A stretch of 64,000 nucleotides of DNA from Chiloscyllium plagiosum (Eukaryota), in the NCBI RefSeq assembly GCF_004010195.1, contig NC_057720.1:27094611-27158610 (forward strand), in the 5' to 3' direction. Each line of letters opens with the position of its first letter. Within the stretch, counting starts at the first letter, position 1. This document shows, in pieces, positions 44,420 through 57,779 of the stretch. A program made the translations under genes and the position numbers. The notes below the pieces were generated by a model. That model searched no databases and was not told where the DNA came from. It saw only the letters and a program-made list of their open reading frames with translations.

Positions 44420-47072
44420 TTTTCAATTCATTCATGGGATTTGGGTGTCTCTGCTTGGTCAGAATTTTATTCTTCCTTCCTTGCCCTTGAGACGTGGTTT
44501 GAGCTGCCTTCTTGAACTGCAGCAGTCCACGTGCTGAAGGTAAACCCATCATGATGAAGGAATGGAGTTCCAGCACTTTGACCCAGTGACACTTCAGTAA
44601 CAGTGATATAGTTCCAGGTCAATTTGTGAGTGTCTTGGAGGGAAACTTGCAGATAGTGATTTTTCCATGTATCTGCTGCTCTTGTCCTTTTAGATGGAAG
44701 TAGTCATGGGTTTGGAATCCACTGTCTCAGGATATTTGGTGAACTTCTGCAGTACATCTTGTAGATAGTACATATTGCTGCTATTGAATGTCAGACAGTG
44801 GTGAGCTGCTAGTGTGTGGTGAGGATCAAGAAGGCTGTTTTTCCTGGATGGTGTAAGTTTATTGAGTGTTTTGGGCTGCACTCATCCAGGCATGTGGACA
44901 GTATTCCAATACACTCCTGACTTGTGCCTTGTAGCTAGTGGACAGGCTTTGAGGAGTCAGGAAGTGAGGTACCTGCTACAGGATTCTTAGCCTCTAGTCT
45001 ACTCTTGAAGCTATTGTACTTATATGGCGCATCCAGTTCAGTTTCTAGTCAATGGTAACCCCAAGATGGTGATAGCAGGAGAGTCAAGGTTGGTGGTTAG
45101 ATTCTCTCTTGTTGGAGATGGTCATTGCTGATGTTTGTTGGGGCCTGAATGTTATTTGCCATTTGTCAATCCAAGACTAGATATTGTCCAGATTTTACTG
45201 TCTTTAGAGATGGACTGCTTCTGTTTTTGAGGTGTTGTAAATGGTGTTGAACATTGTGCAATCTTCAGCGAATATCGCACTTCTTACCTTATGATGGAGG
45301 GAAGGTCATTGATGAAGCAGCCAAAAATGGTTGGGCCTAGGTTACGATCCTGAAGAATTTCTGTAGAGCTGAGATGACAATCACAACCATTTTTCTCTGT
45401 GCCAAGTATAAATCCAATCAGCGAAGAGCTTTCCCCCAAATGCCATTGTTTCCAGTTTTGCTAGGGCTCTTTGTTGCCACACTCAATCAAATTAGGCCTT
45501 GATGTCAATGGCTATCACTCTCACTCTCACCTCTGGAATTCAGCTGTTTTGTCTATCTTTGAACCAAGGCTGTAATCAGGTCAGGTGTTGAATGGCTCTG
45601 GTGGATCGTAAACTCAATATCAGTGCACAAGTTGTCGTTAAGTAATTGCTGTCTGATGGCACTACTGTTGACACCTTCTATCACTTTACTGATGATTGAG
45701 AGTAGAGTGGTGGGGTGATAGTTGGACAGTTTGGATTTGTCCTACCATTTGTGCAATGAACATGCCTGGGAAATTTTCCATGTTTTCTGATAAATGCCAG
45801 TGTTGTAGCTATATTGGAACATCTTGGCTGGGGGTGCAGCAAGTTCTAAGCTCAATTCTTCTGTACTATTGACAGGATTTTGTCAGGGCCCATAGTCTGC
45901 AATGTTCACTGCCTCCAGTTGTTTCTTCATGTCACCTGGAGTGAATTGAATTGGCTGAAGACTGGTATCTATGAAGATGGGAACCAATGGAAGAGGCCAA
46001 GATTGATCACCCACCTGGCACTGCTGGCTGAAGATTGTTGCAAATATTTCAGCCTTATCTTTTACACTGATGTGCTGGGTTCTTCTATGATTGAAAATAA
46101 GGATATTTGTGGAGCATCATCCTCCATTGATTTTTTTAAATTGTCCACTACCCATTTATGAATGGACATGGCAACACTGCAGAGCTTAGATTTGATCCAT
46201 TGTTTGCGGGATTACTTATCTCTATTACTTGCTGCTTACACTGTTTGGCATGCAGGTAGTCCTGTTTAGTAACCACCAGGATGAAACCTCATTTTTACAT
46301 ATACATGGTGCTGCTCCTGGCATGCCCCCTTGCATCCTCCATTGAAGCAGGATTTATCCCCTGACTTGACAGTAATGGTTGAGTGGAGAATATGCCTGGC
46401 CATGAGGCTATAGTTTGTGCTGAAGTATAATTCTGTTGCTATTGATGGCTCACAGTGCCTCATGGATGCCCAGTCTTGAGTTGCTAGATTTATTCAAAGT
46501 CTGTCCCATTGACCACAGTGTTAAGGCCATACAAAATGGAGGGCATTCTCAATATGAAGGCAGGGGTTTGTCTCCACAAGGACTGTGCGGTGGTCACTCT
46601 CTCTGATACTGTTATGGACAGAAGCAATTGCAGACAGCAGATTAATAAGTCAAATATGTTTTTCCTCTTGTTGGTTCCCCTTTGCAGGTCAACAGAGATG
46701 TTTTTACTGTTGTTGATTCCATGCCTAGGTCAATGCCAGATGGTCTGTGTGGTTGTCATTTCTTTGTTTGAGACTTCGTAGTGATTGATACAATGGAATG
46801 GATTGCTGGGCCATTTTGGAGAGTCAACCACATTGTTGTTGCTCTGGAGTCACATGTAGGCCAGACCAAGTGAGGACAGCAGATTTACTTCCCTGAAGTG
46901 TACTTGAAAAGCAAATGTTTTTTTCTGACAATATGGTAGTTTCATGATCACCATATACTGAGGCTAACTTCAGTCTAGATTTTTATTAATTAACTTTTAT
47001 TAATTCATTCATTTGAATTCTACCAGTGACTATGGTGGGATTGAAGCTCCTTTTTTCAGCGCAGGTCTCTAA
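44420..47072 (-). mobile_element. Old, long CR1/L2-group LINE with (TGAA)n tail and tRNA-like 5' head
   Basis: Minus translation ~45350-45240: QDRNLGPTIFGCFINDLPSIIR then decayed FADDC (RT motifs). Tail ..atgaatgaa at 44425. 5' end 46800-47072 is homologous to the SINE at 9180-9525. Confidence 0.8.
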
Positions 47073-47136
47073 ATTACCCCTGTCACCATTACCCCTGTCA
47101 CCATTCTCCCAACATTACCCCTGTCACCATTCTCCC
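47073..47136 (+). repeat. Short tandem repeat (attacccctgtcacc x3)
   Basis: Seen directly, at the 5' boundary of the LINE. Confidence 0.9.
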
Positions 47137-47341
47137 ATTCAGGAATATCATACATCATCTCTATCCTAGCTCTACCCACCACTCAAATCCTCCTAAACCC
47201 TTGGCAAGCAAAAATCTGAATATTTGACCTCAATTTAAAATTTCTATTTCAGCTAGCATTGGCTGCTTTCTCAAAACACATGTTTTACTTAAAGAAGTAT
47301 CTCTTAACATCTCTTCTCAATGCAAGCTGATTTTTGCTTGT

Positions 47342-47570
47342 AAAGGTAAAGATAAAGTCACCATAGTCCAACCAGATCATTCAGCTGCTCTCTCATTGGG
47401 GAGAGACTACTGGTGGTGGTTTAACCTGAGGGTCACCACACCTTAGGAAAGTGGAAAGGTTGAAGAGAGGCCTTCATGGAACCTCAGCCAGTGCAGAAAT
47501 TGAATTCATGCTATTGGCATCACGCTGCATCATAACCTCTGCACCACCCATCCAGCCAACTGAGCCTCTC
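47342..47570 (-). mobile_element. tRNA-derived SINE
   Basis: taaaggtaaagataaagtcaccatagtc tail; ggtggtttaacctgagggtcaccac; homologous to 19520-19655. Confidence 0.65.
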
Positions 47571-49879
47571 TCCTTTGTCTAAAGCTCTCTCGCCACTGGA
47601 TTCAGGTCTTATTCATCTACTCTACTAACTAATTGCAAAATCCGAAAACCTCAATATAAAATACACCTTAACATGTATAATAGATCTCGGCATGAAGAGC
47701 TATATCTTTCAGTCATAAAACATTTTGAGGATTGTGGGTTCTAAATTTTCTCTCACGTCTGCTACATTTATCAGATAACAGTCTCAAAGCACTCATATGT
47801 TGTATCCCCAAATATGATTTTCTGAACAAAATCTATTTATTTAATGTTGGGAAGTGGGCATCATTGTCTGGACCTGCGTTTATTGATCAGCTCTAGATGT
47901 CCTTGAGAAGGTGCTGGTGAACTGTATTTTGAACTGCTGCTGTCTATTTGGTGCAGAGATGCCCACAATGCCATCAGGGTGGGAGTTCTTAGATGTTGAC
48001 CCATTAACGCTGAATGAGATTAAGTCTAGTTTATTCTTATGTTGAAAATCTACCAACTGGGAAGTATAATGAGTAAATTAACCAGGATGCAATATTTTTA
48101 ATAAAAAAATTAGACATTCAAAATGAACATGCCTACTTCCTCCCTGGAAACATAACACCAGTTGGTGTGTGGGAGGGAGGCCACATTTGTAAGGTCTATG
48201 TACAATTCTAATTTTGCTCCCTGCAGCCTTGACTTTAATATGACTGGGGTTAATCAGATATTCTTTCAGTCCTCTGTTTTGAAAGAAAATTAAATCAAAC
48301 TTTTTTGTTCCTCTCACAGTAATAAATTACCTTCTGCTACTGAGAGAAACGCATTCTAAAATTTAAAGAAAAATAATAAATTTGCAAAATTGTAATCGGA
48401 GAGTAATTTTCAATAAAACTAACCCTTCTTCTTGTGATGTAAATAATTGGCATGCGTTCTGAAATTTTGATTATAACTGCAAATAAACGATTCATTGGAA
48501 TTTCTTGTTTTACTTGTATTTTAGACAAGACGAGCAATCAAAATCCAGAATAGCTTTTCAGTAAAATATCTGTTTTTATCAGGCAATTTTCTAAAATGTT
48601 CCCTCAAATACGTTTGATGACATGTTGGTTATTACAGCCTCTGTCCAATTTAAATTCGAACATTCTTCTATCCAGAAAGAGATCACAAATCGCAGCTTTC
48701 CATATTTCCCTTGAATGTGTAATATTGAAAAAAGATCATCCTTAATTGTATTCCGATTGGATTTATGTATACCCAAGCCCCTACACCAGATATCCTATTT
48801 TTGATTGGAGCACATTTAGAATATGAATTTCCACCTACATCAGATTCTTTCCCCATATTACAGCCAGTGGGTAAGCCATTAGGCCCTAATATAGCTCATT
48901 AATGTCCACATAAGGGCTCAATCTGCAAACACTGTCATAAAACACTGGGCATTTTGGGCTCTTGTAACATGGTTATAGTGTCCCTCCCTCGAACTGAGGA
49001 GACCTGGGTTTAAATTCCCCGGCTCCAGCAGTGTATTAGAACACCCCTGAAGGTTTGATAAGAAAATATCCAAAAGTATATTCATAGGTGAATAGGGAAA
49101 AGTATTTTTTCATCAAAGTTGGTTAATTGACAATGCCATCCTTCTTGAACATGTTTCTCTGTCTCCTTTGGGGAGTGGGTTGCCTTGTAGGTATCAGCTG
49201 GGCACCTCTTCTTAAGATCATAAGATCATCACTGTCCTTTGTGACCCCCTCACAACTGATCCTACACTAGCCTCATCACAACGTTCTATAAGATGTCCGA
49301 TCCCTCTCCAAGCTCAAAATGCCTTGGACTTACCACACTGGTCCTCTTGTCATCTTCTTCATGCAGCTGCTCACTCTGGAAGAACTGCTGGTCAATCACA
49401 TCACCAGCCGCTCTCAAGGACAGGACTCCTTTGCACTGAAAAGAGAAAGTCTGACCCTCAGCTTGTAAAAGCCACCTGCTTTGTGATATTGTTGAAGCGC
49501 TTAGCATTTTTGGTCGGTCAACTTGCAAACAATTCTTCTCACAGGAGGGAGGTGTAATAGTGAACACTACGCCTCCCACCTCATAAAATTCAATCCGTAA
49601 ATTTCCTTGTTGAACATGAACAATTAAAGTTTGATCCTCCCACATTAACAAAATCATTCTATCAGAAGTGAAAAATTACACTCTTTTCATATCCATTGTC
49701 CCTCCCTTGCCCACTTCAACCTCTCAACAGTGTTTAATATAGTCAAACACTCCTTGAATATATTTCTTCTGTTTCCCAATTTGGTGGGACAGCATTAATT
49801 TAATCTATCCTTATTAAATAATTTGAATACACAGCCTCTCCAGAATTAGCTTCTCTTTCCACCCACACTCTGCCAAAAT

Positions 49880-50050
49880 TCAATTTTTGCTCCCTCCTCT
49901 TCTGCATGTGCTACCCTGAGATGCAAGCAGAGGTCAGTCTCCACATATACCCCCAATGAAACCCAGCTCTGCTATTCCAGTACCTTTCTCAACTCACACT
50001 CTACTTCTAAGCTGTTGAACTGCTTGTCTCACATTAGGTGGAACCTACTG
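49880..50050 (+). mobile_element. L2 LINE RT relic
   Basis: ..ETQLCYSS..SKLLNCLSHIR resembles L2 (A)DDTQLY..L..CL.DI. Confidence 0.45.
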
Positions 50051-50057
50051 CTCCTGA

Positions 50058-51415
50058 CATAGAGTCATAGAGATGTACAGCACGGAAACAGATCCTTCGG
50101 TCCAACATGTCCATGCCAACCAGATATCCCAACTCAATCTAGTCCCACCTGCCAGCACCTGGCCCAAATCCCTCCAATCCCTCCCTATTCATATTCATAT
50201 ACCCACCCAAATGCCTCTTAAATATTGCAATTGTACCAGCCTCCACCACATCCTCTGGCAGCTCATTCCATACACGTACCACCCTCTGTGTGAAAAGGTT
50301 GCCCCTTAGTTCTCTTTTATATCTTTCCCCTCTCACCCTAAACCTATGCCCTCTAGTTCTGGACTCCCTGACTCCAGGGAAAAGACTTTGTCTATTTATC
50401 CTATCCATGCCCCTTATAATTCTGTAAACCTCTATAANNNNNNNNNNNNNNNNNNNNNNNNNNNNNNNNNNNNNNNNNNNNNNNNNNNNNNNNNNNNNNN
50501 NNNNNNNNNNNNNNNNNNNNNNNNNNNNNNNNNNNNNNNNNNNNNNNNNNNNNNNNNNNNNNNNNNNNNNNNNNNNNNNNNNNNNNNNNNNNNNNNNNNN
50601 NNNNNNNNNNNNNNNNNNNNNNNNNNNNNNNNNNNNNNNNNNNNNNNNNNNNNNNNNNNNNNNNNNNNNNNNNNNNNNNNNNNNNNNNNNNNNNNNNNNN
50701 NNNNNNNNNNNNNNNNNNNNNNNNNNNNNNNNNNNNNNNNNNNNNNNNNNNNNNNNNNNNNNNNNNNNNNNNNNNNNNNNNNNNNNNNNNNNNNNNNNNN
50801 NNNNNNNNNNNNNNNNNNNNNNNNNNNNNNNNNNNNNNNNNNNNNNNNNNNNNNNNNNNNNNNNNNNNNNNNNNNNNNNNNNNNNNNNNNNNNNNNNNNN
50901 NNNNNNNNNNNNNNNNNNNNNNNNNNNNNNNNNNNNNNNNNNNNNNNNNNNNNNNNNNNNNNNNNNNNNNNNNNNNNNNNNNNNNNNNNNNNNNNNNNNN
51001 NNNNNNNNNNNNNNNNNNAAACTCAATCAAGTTTGTGAGACATGATTTCCCATGTACAAAGCCATGTTGACTATCCCTAATCAGTCCTTGCCTTTCCAAA
51101 TACATGTACATCCTGTCCCTCAGGATTCCCTCCAACAACTTGCTCACCACCGATGTCAGGCTCACTGGTCTATAGTTCCCTGGCTTGCCTTTACTGCCCT
51201 TCTTAAACAGTGGCACCATGTTTGCCAACCTCCAGTCTTCCGGCACCTCACCTATGACTATCGATGATACAAATATCTCAGCAAGAGCCTCAGCAATCAC
51301 TTCTCTAGCTTCCCACAGAGTTCTCGGGTACACATTATCAGGTCCTGGGGATTTATCCACCTTTAACCCTTTCAAGACATCCAGCACTTCCTCCTCTGTA
51401 ATCTGGACATTTTGC
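50058..51415 (-). mobile_element. Young CR1 LINE spanning a gap
   Basis: KSPGPDNVYPRTL..WRLANMVPLFKKG..PGNYRPVSLTS..DSQHGFVHGKSCLTNLIEF on one side of the gap and CR1 C-terminus/tail on the other. Confidence 0.95.
50438..51018. other. Assembly gap
   Basis: N run. Confidence 1.
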
Positions 51416-51599
51416 AATGGTAGGTTTGAAGATGGGAACAGTATTTATTGGGTGTCTTCTCACCTCCACCAAAATTAAATTTTATATGGAAGGACTCAGA
51501 GTCAATCTTTCTATCCCACTGACAATTGAGGCCTTTGTCATCAATTTAGGGGCACTTAATGGCCTCAGTCTTTGGGATTAACTCAGTCGTAAACAGACA

Positions 51600-52470
51600 G
51601 TGTGTTAAATTTTGCCAATGACACTAAGATGAGAAGCAGGGCAAAGTGTGCAGAGGACTGTGAAACTTTGCAGAGGAACATAAATACTAAAAGTGAGTGG
51701 TCAAAGGTCGAGCAGATGGAATCCAATGTTAGTAAATGTAAAGTCATCCATTTGGTAGGAGTAACATTAAAAAAGACTATAACTTGAATTGTAAAAAGTT
51801 ACAGCATGCTGCTATACTGAGGGACCTGAGCATGAAACATAGAAGGTTGGTCTACAGTAACAACGGGTAATTAGGAAGGCAAATGGAATTTTGTCCTTCA
51901 TTGCTAAAGAGATTAAGTTTAAAAGCAGGGAGGTTATGTTGCAACTGTATAGAGTGCTGATGAGACCACACCTGGAGAACTGCGTGCAGTTTTGGTCTCC
52001 TTACTTGAGAAAGGATGTACTGGCACTGGAGGGGATGCAGAGGAGGTTCACTCGGTTGATTCTAGAGTTAATGGGTGTTGGCTTATGAGGAGAGACTGAG
52101 TAAACTGGGATTATATTCATTGGAATTTAGATGAATGAGGGGGAATCTTATGGAAACATATAAAATTATGAAAGGAATAAATAAGATGTTTCCACTGGCA
52201 TGTGAAACTAGGACAAGAGGACATAGCCTCAAAATTAGGGGGAGCAGATACAGGACTGAATTGAGAAGGAACTTTTTCACCCAGAGAGTTGTGAATCTAT
52301 GGAATTCCCTGCCCAGTGAAATAGTTAAGGAATTAAGGGTTACTGTGCGAGGGCGGGTGAGTGGAGCTGAGGCCACAAAAAGATCAGCCATGATCTTATT
52401 GTACGCCAGAGCAGGCTCAAACAGCCAGATGGCCTCCCCCAGCTCCAAGTTCTTATGTTCTTATGTTGTG
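51600..52470 (+). mobile_element. CR1 LINE 3' fragment
   Basis: FANDTK..; LQLYRVLMRPHLENCVQFWSPYLRKD; RTRGHSLKIRG..RRNFFTQRVVNLWNSLP; tail (ttcttatg)n. Confidence 0.93.
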
Positions 52471-55400
52471 TTCTTATATTGCCCTGTTATGTTTACTCTA
52501 GTTATTACTCCATGTGAAGCCTGTCACCTCTGGTCATAGGTAGGGGAGTTGGTCCTGACTCAAAGGGAATCAACGACTGATTGAGGGACTGATTGAACCC
52601 GACACTCCCACAAACTCCAAACTGAGAAAACAATAACCCCACCATATGATAACTTTGTCCTTGGTCGTCCTGGCACAAGAAACCTTGTCTATCAGCAGCC
52701 ACAGCCTTCTCTGTAGCTGATTGGGTGGCAGCTTTCAATGCAACTTGTTGCTAATACTTAAATAAATATTCTTCCAATAATTAATTTAATAGTTTTTATG
52801 GAAAATATTTAGTATGCGAGAACGTTTAAGGAATTTTTACACCTTCCATAAGGCCAGTTTAAGTGAAGCGGCCTTAACAGTAGTGACACTGGTGGTGATT
52901 AACACAAGGTATTAACACAGGGTAAGCTGTCAGAGGACTCAAAGGAAATCTGAATTACATAATTTATGAGGTAGATAGGGAAGGGTGATAGCGAATAGAC
53001 AAATGTAATCAGCAGATTCATAAAACAGCCACCTATTCCTAATTAACTTACACATTGTAATTCAAAGATTTTACGATACTACTTATGTAGTTGCAGCCAA
53101 TGAGTGCAGGGTTCATTGAATAAGACAGAACTTAAATATCTCTAGCACCTTGTCATGTTCTTGGGACAACCCAAAGCACTTTCTAACCAATGAATTCATC
53201 TTTGATGTGTAATCACTTGTGTTAGGCAAGAAAATTACATTTTACTTTTTATGACGCTGTATTTTACCACCTCAAGCAGCAATGTTGAGGGGTGCATTGA
53301 GAAAATTGAACTATTATTGTTTTGTATTTTTGAAATCAATGGCCTTATTCTGGAAGATAACCTGATAAGAATAGAAGCTAGAACATTACATATATTTTCT
53401 ATATTGCATGTATCAATACTTGATTATATCTTTTTAAGTCATCAGTTTCTACATTTTTCTTTTCCTGCTGTTTAAAATATAGAACTTTGCTTCCAACTCA
53501 CAACACAGAGCACTCAAATGCAACCAGTAGTTAACTGCAGTTAAGGCTCTGTGGATTGAAACCTGATATTTAGAATGCATTATAGACAATAAGAAAGTTT
53601 AGTGAGGTTGTCCAATAGAACGCACTTTAATTTGCAAATTCCATAATGGAATCCCAAACACACTGCATAGTGCATGAATGCTTATGATGAGACTTTGATA
53701 GAACATTGTTTTGCAATGCTGGCATTAAAATGGAATTAGGGCTCTGCTAGACAGCTACGAGAGTGACACTAGACTTGATTGATTACAATGCAGACAGCTG
53801 GAGTAAATAACCTCTTCAGTCTTGTTTTGAACTGACTGTAAACGTTAATATTTTGAATCCTGTATGAAAGAGTATTTCAAAGCGTGCATGCCTTCAAATC
53901 AAATAATCTGGAGTCTGAGCAGGTCTCAGCAAAGATTGTGCAGAAAGGAATGTGAAACCAAATCAGGTAATTGTGGGTGCCTTTACGTGAGTTAATTCAG
54001 CTCAAATGGAATGACTTTCATACAGGAAACAGATATCAAGAGAAATTCTGTATACGAAAAACTCATCTGTATTAAAGCAGATTGGAATTGCTTTCTCAAA
54101 GGGACTGAACTGAATAAAACATGAATGAGAAAATGCAGATAAACTGAATAACTGAACACGGTCCTTTCAAATTGTGAACCTAGATTTGAATCTGGCTAAT
54201 GAAATTAAAAAAAAGTGAATTAGTTATTGTGCACTTGGGGCATTTTCAAACTATACCTGAAAGGATTAAGTTCATGCTCAAACTATCAACAGGTTGTCAT
54301 AAATTAAAAGTCTTGTTTTTAAATAGGCACATGAGGAAATTAGGTTATGTAAAACTAGAAATTTGTATATGAAATTGATTGTTTGAAAAGTTTGGAGCTA
54401 AATTATGCTGCTGGGAACATGTAGGTTATCCAGAATCTAAACTGTTATATTTGATCTGGGCATGGCTGGTCCTGAAAATAGGTGGAAGATGTTTCATTCA
54501 CAAGTAATAATATCCCTGATTAATAAACACAAATACTTTCCTCCAAATTAAATATAGAAATACCATCTAGCCTAAATGAAATGATTGCTGTAAGAATGTT
54601 TTGAACAACTTACCTGGTCTTTGATAATTAAAACTTTTATTCACTTTGTATGTGAAGCACATAACTAACAAAATTCCATGAAGATCCATCCAATATGAAA
54701 TAGACCATCACATAAGAATAAACAAGATTTCAAGATCCGTTTTCCATTCTGTATGAATTATATTCAGATGTTTGGTAACAAATGGTTGATTCTCTGTGGA
54801 AAGGTTCTGTAGATCCTGTATTAAATAGACTCATAAGGACAGTTGTTAACATTAATTTTCTCTTACACTGATCAGGAAATCAGAGAATTTACTGTTATTT
54901 GTTGATAACTTTCATTTATTTGAGTTAATATGCTCATATTCTGTAGCAACTCGATCAATTATGTTAAATGGTTAGCTAATCGATCAGCTGCAATGCAGAC
55001 TGAACCACTAAATCTTCCCTGGATGAATCTGGAACTGAATCTTATAAAATCACAGAGGGTTATTAATGGTAGTCTGAGCACTGACTTTCTTTCGTGGCTC
55101 CAGAAGTCAGTAATGCAAAAGACTGTTAACTGCATGATGTCTGTGCAAAGTAATTTTACACACTGAGAAGTGTTATGGGTCTGAGAGTGAAGCCCATTAT
55201 ATCAGGAGATGCTGTTTGATACTCAGCATCTTAGATACCAAGATTAATTTACAGCATTCCTGAAGCATTAGGTCCTTTCACAGGATTTGCAAATGGTGAG
55301 AACGGTTTAGAACAATTTCCAAATGGTAAGGTTAATTGAATTGTTTTCTGAAGGGTGGGATTTATTTCAACAGGATACTTTTAGGGGGGAAATATTTGAA

Positions 55401-56380
55401 ATATAATGATTTTTACACAGTCCCTGAAGTATGAAGTCACTTTAAAGAGAGTGTCTCGCCATCAGGATAATTTTTAAGGAGTGAGGCTCTCAGGATTTTC
55501 CTCCATTTATGAGAGTGAGGTCACCATACGTTTTATTGTTCTCTTAATCCTGTGTGATTATAGGCAGTCTGCACATTTGATTTACCCGTAACCACCATTG
55601 ATACGGATATATAATCAGATAGTTTCAGAAAAAGAAATCTCATACTTCTCCTAGCACAAAAAAAGCCTTGCATTTTCTGAAACTTCCAGTGGTCCCTTTA
55701 AGGCTTACTTGTTAAGTCTCTTCACATCTGGAAAAAATGAGATTGACGTGTGCTTTGTTGTTTTCTTTTTGAAAGGTTTCTATAACAGGCATGTCATCTC
55801 AGCTTTCACATTTAAATATCATCCTTCCTGCTTTGGGTGTGGTGCCTTTCAGTTCACTTCACAGAGAATGTGCACACAGGTCTCAATGAGATTTCCAACT
55901 GTGTACACCAACTTTCTCAGGTGAGAAAGGGGCATATTTTCAAAGTTACCGCTCTCTTTCCCACCAATATTCAGAAATGGTGTATAATGCAGAAAGTAGA
56001 AGTACCTGTGTATATTATAGAGGATTGCAGTGCATGTGTATATAAAACCATAATTATTGTTTCAGTTACAGAGTCATAGAGTCATAGAGATGTACAGCAC
56101 GGAGACAGACCCTTTTGTCCAACATGCTGATCAGATATCCCAACCCAATCTAATCTCACCTGCCAGCACCCAGCCCATATCCCTCCAAACTCTTCCTATT
56201 CATATACCCATCCAAATGCCTTTTAAATGTTGCAATTGTACCAGCCTCCACCACTTCCTCTGGCAGCTCATTCCATACACGCACCACCCTCTGTGTGAAA
56301 AGATGTCCCTTACGTCTCCCCTATATCTTTCCCCTCTCACCCTAAACTTATGCCCTCTAGTTCTAGACTCCCCCACCCTG

Positions 56381-57390
56381 GGAGAAAGTGAGGACTGCAG
56401 ATGCTGGAGATCAGAGCTTAAAAATGTGTTGCTGGAAAAGCGCAGCAGGTCAGGCAGCATCAAAGGAGCAGGAGAATCGACGTTTCGGGCATAAGCCCTT
56501 CTTCAGGAATGAGGAGGGTGTGCCAAGCAGGCTAAGATAAAAGGTAGGGAGGAGGGACTTTGGGGAGGGGTGTTGGGAATGCGATAGGTGGAAGGAGGTT
56601 AAGGTGAGGGTGATAGGCCGGAGAGGGGGTGGGGCGGAGAGGTCGGGAAGAAGCTTGCAGGTCAAGAAGGTGGTGCTGAGTCTGAGGGTTGGGACTGAGA
56701 AAAGGTGGGTGGAGGGGAAATGAGGAAGCTGGAGAAATCTGAGTTCATCCCTTGTGGTTGGAGAGTTCCTAGGCAGAAGATGAGGCGCTCTCCCTCCAGG
56801 CGTCGTGTTGCCATGGTCTGGTGATGGAGGAGGCCAAGGACCTGCATGTCCTTGGCGGAGTGGGAGGGGGAGTTAAAGTGTTCAGCCACGGGGCAGTTGG
56901 GTTGGTCGGTGCGGGTGTCCCAGAGGTGTTCTCTGAAACGTTCCGCAAGTAGGCGGCCTGTCTCTCCAATGTATAGGAGGCCACATTGGGTGCAGCGGAT
57001 GCAGTAAATGATGTGTGTGGAGGTGCAGGCGAGTTTCTGATGGATATGGACGGATCCCTTGGAGCCTTGGAGGGAAGTGAGGGGGGAGGTGTGGGCACAA
57101 GTTTTGCATTTCTTGCGGTTGCAGGGGAAGGTGCTGGGAGTGGAGGTTGGGTTGTTGGGGTTGTGGATCTGATGAGGGAGTCGCGGAGGGAGTGGTCTTT
57201 CCGGAACACTAATAGGGGTGGGGAGGGAAATATATCCTTGGTGGTGGGGTCTGTTTGGAGGTGGCAGAAATGACGAAGGATGATACGATGTATCTGGAGG
57301 TTGGTGGGGTGGTAGGTGAGGACCAGTGGGGTTCTGTCCTGATGGCGATTGGAGGAGCGGGGTTCAAGGGTGGAGAAGCGGGAAGTAGAG
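56381..57390 (-). mobile_element. Penelope-like element, 5'-truncated, GIY-YIG endonuclease + pLTR
   Basis: RTPLVLTYHP..FPSPPLLVFRKDHSLRDSLIRS..CKTC..IIYCIRCTQCGLLYIGETGR..RFREH..AEHFN..GTLQPQGMN. ggagaaa repeated at both junctions (56381, 57390). Confidence 0.95.
56475..56510 (-). ncRNA. Minimal type-I hammerhead motif in PLE pLTR
   Basis: Minus strand: auuc-CUGAAGA-A-GGGC-uuau-GCCC-GAAA-CGUC|gauu. Predicted cleavage between 56479 and 56478. Stem I has one mismatch. Confidence 0.75.
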
Positions 57391-57779
57391 GAGAAAAGAC
57401 CTTGTCTATTTATCCTAACCATACTCCTCATGAGTTTATAAACCTCTATAAGGTCACCCGTCAGCCTCCGATGATCCAGAAAAAAACAGCCCCAGCCTGT
57501 TCAACCTCTCCCCATAGCTCAAATCCTCCAACCCTGCCAACATCCTTGCAAATCTTTTCTGAACCTTTTCAAGTTTCACAACATCCTTCTGAAAGGAAGG
57601 AGACCAGAATTGCATGCAATATTCCAACAGTGGCCTAATCAATGTCCTGTACAGCACAACATGACCTCCCAACTCCTAACGCCAAACGCCTTCTTCACTA
57701 TCCTATCTACCTGCGATTCTACTTTCAAGGAGCTATGAACCTGCACTCCAAGGTCTCTTTGTTCAGCAACACTCCCTTG

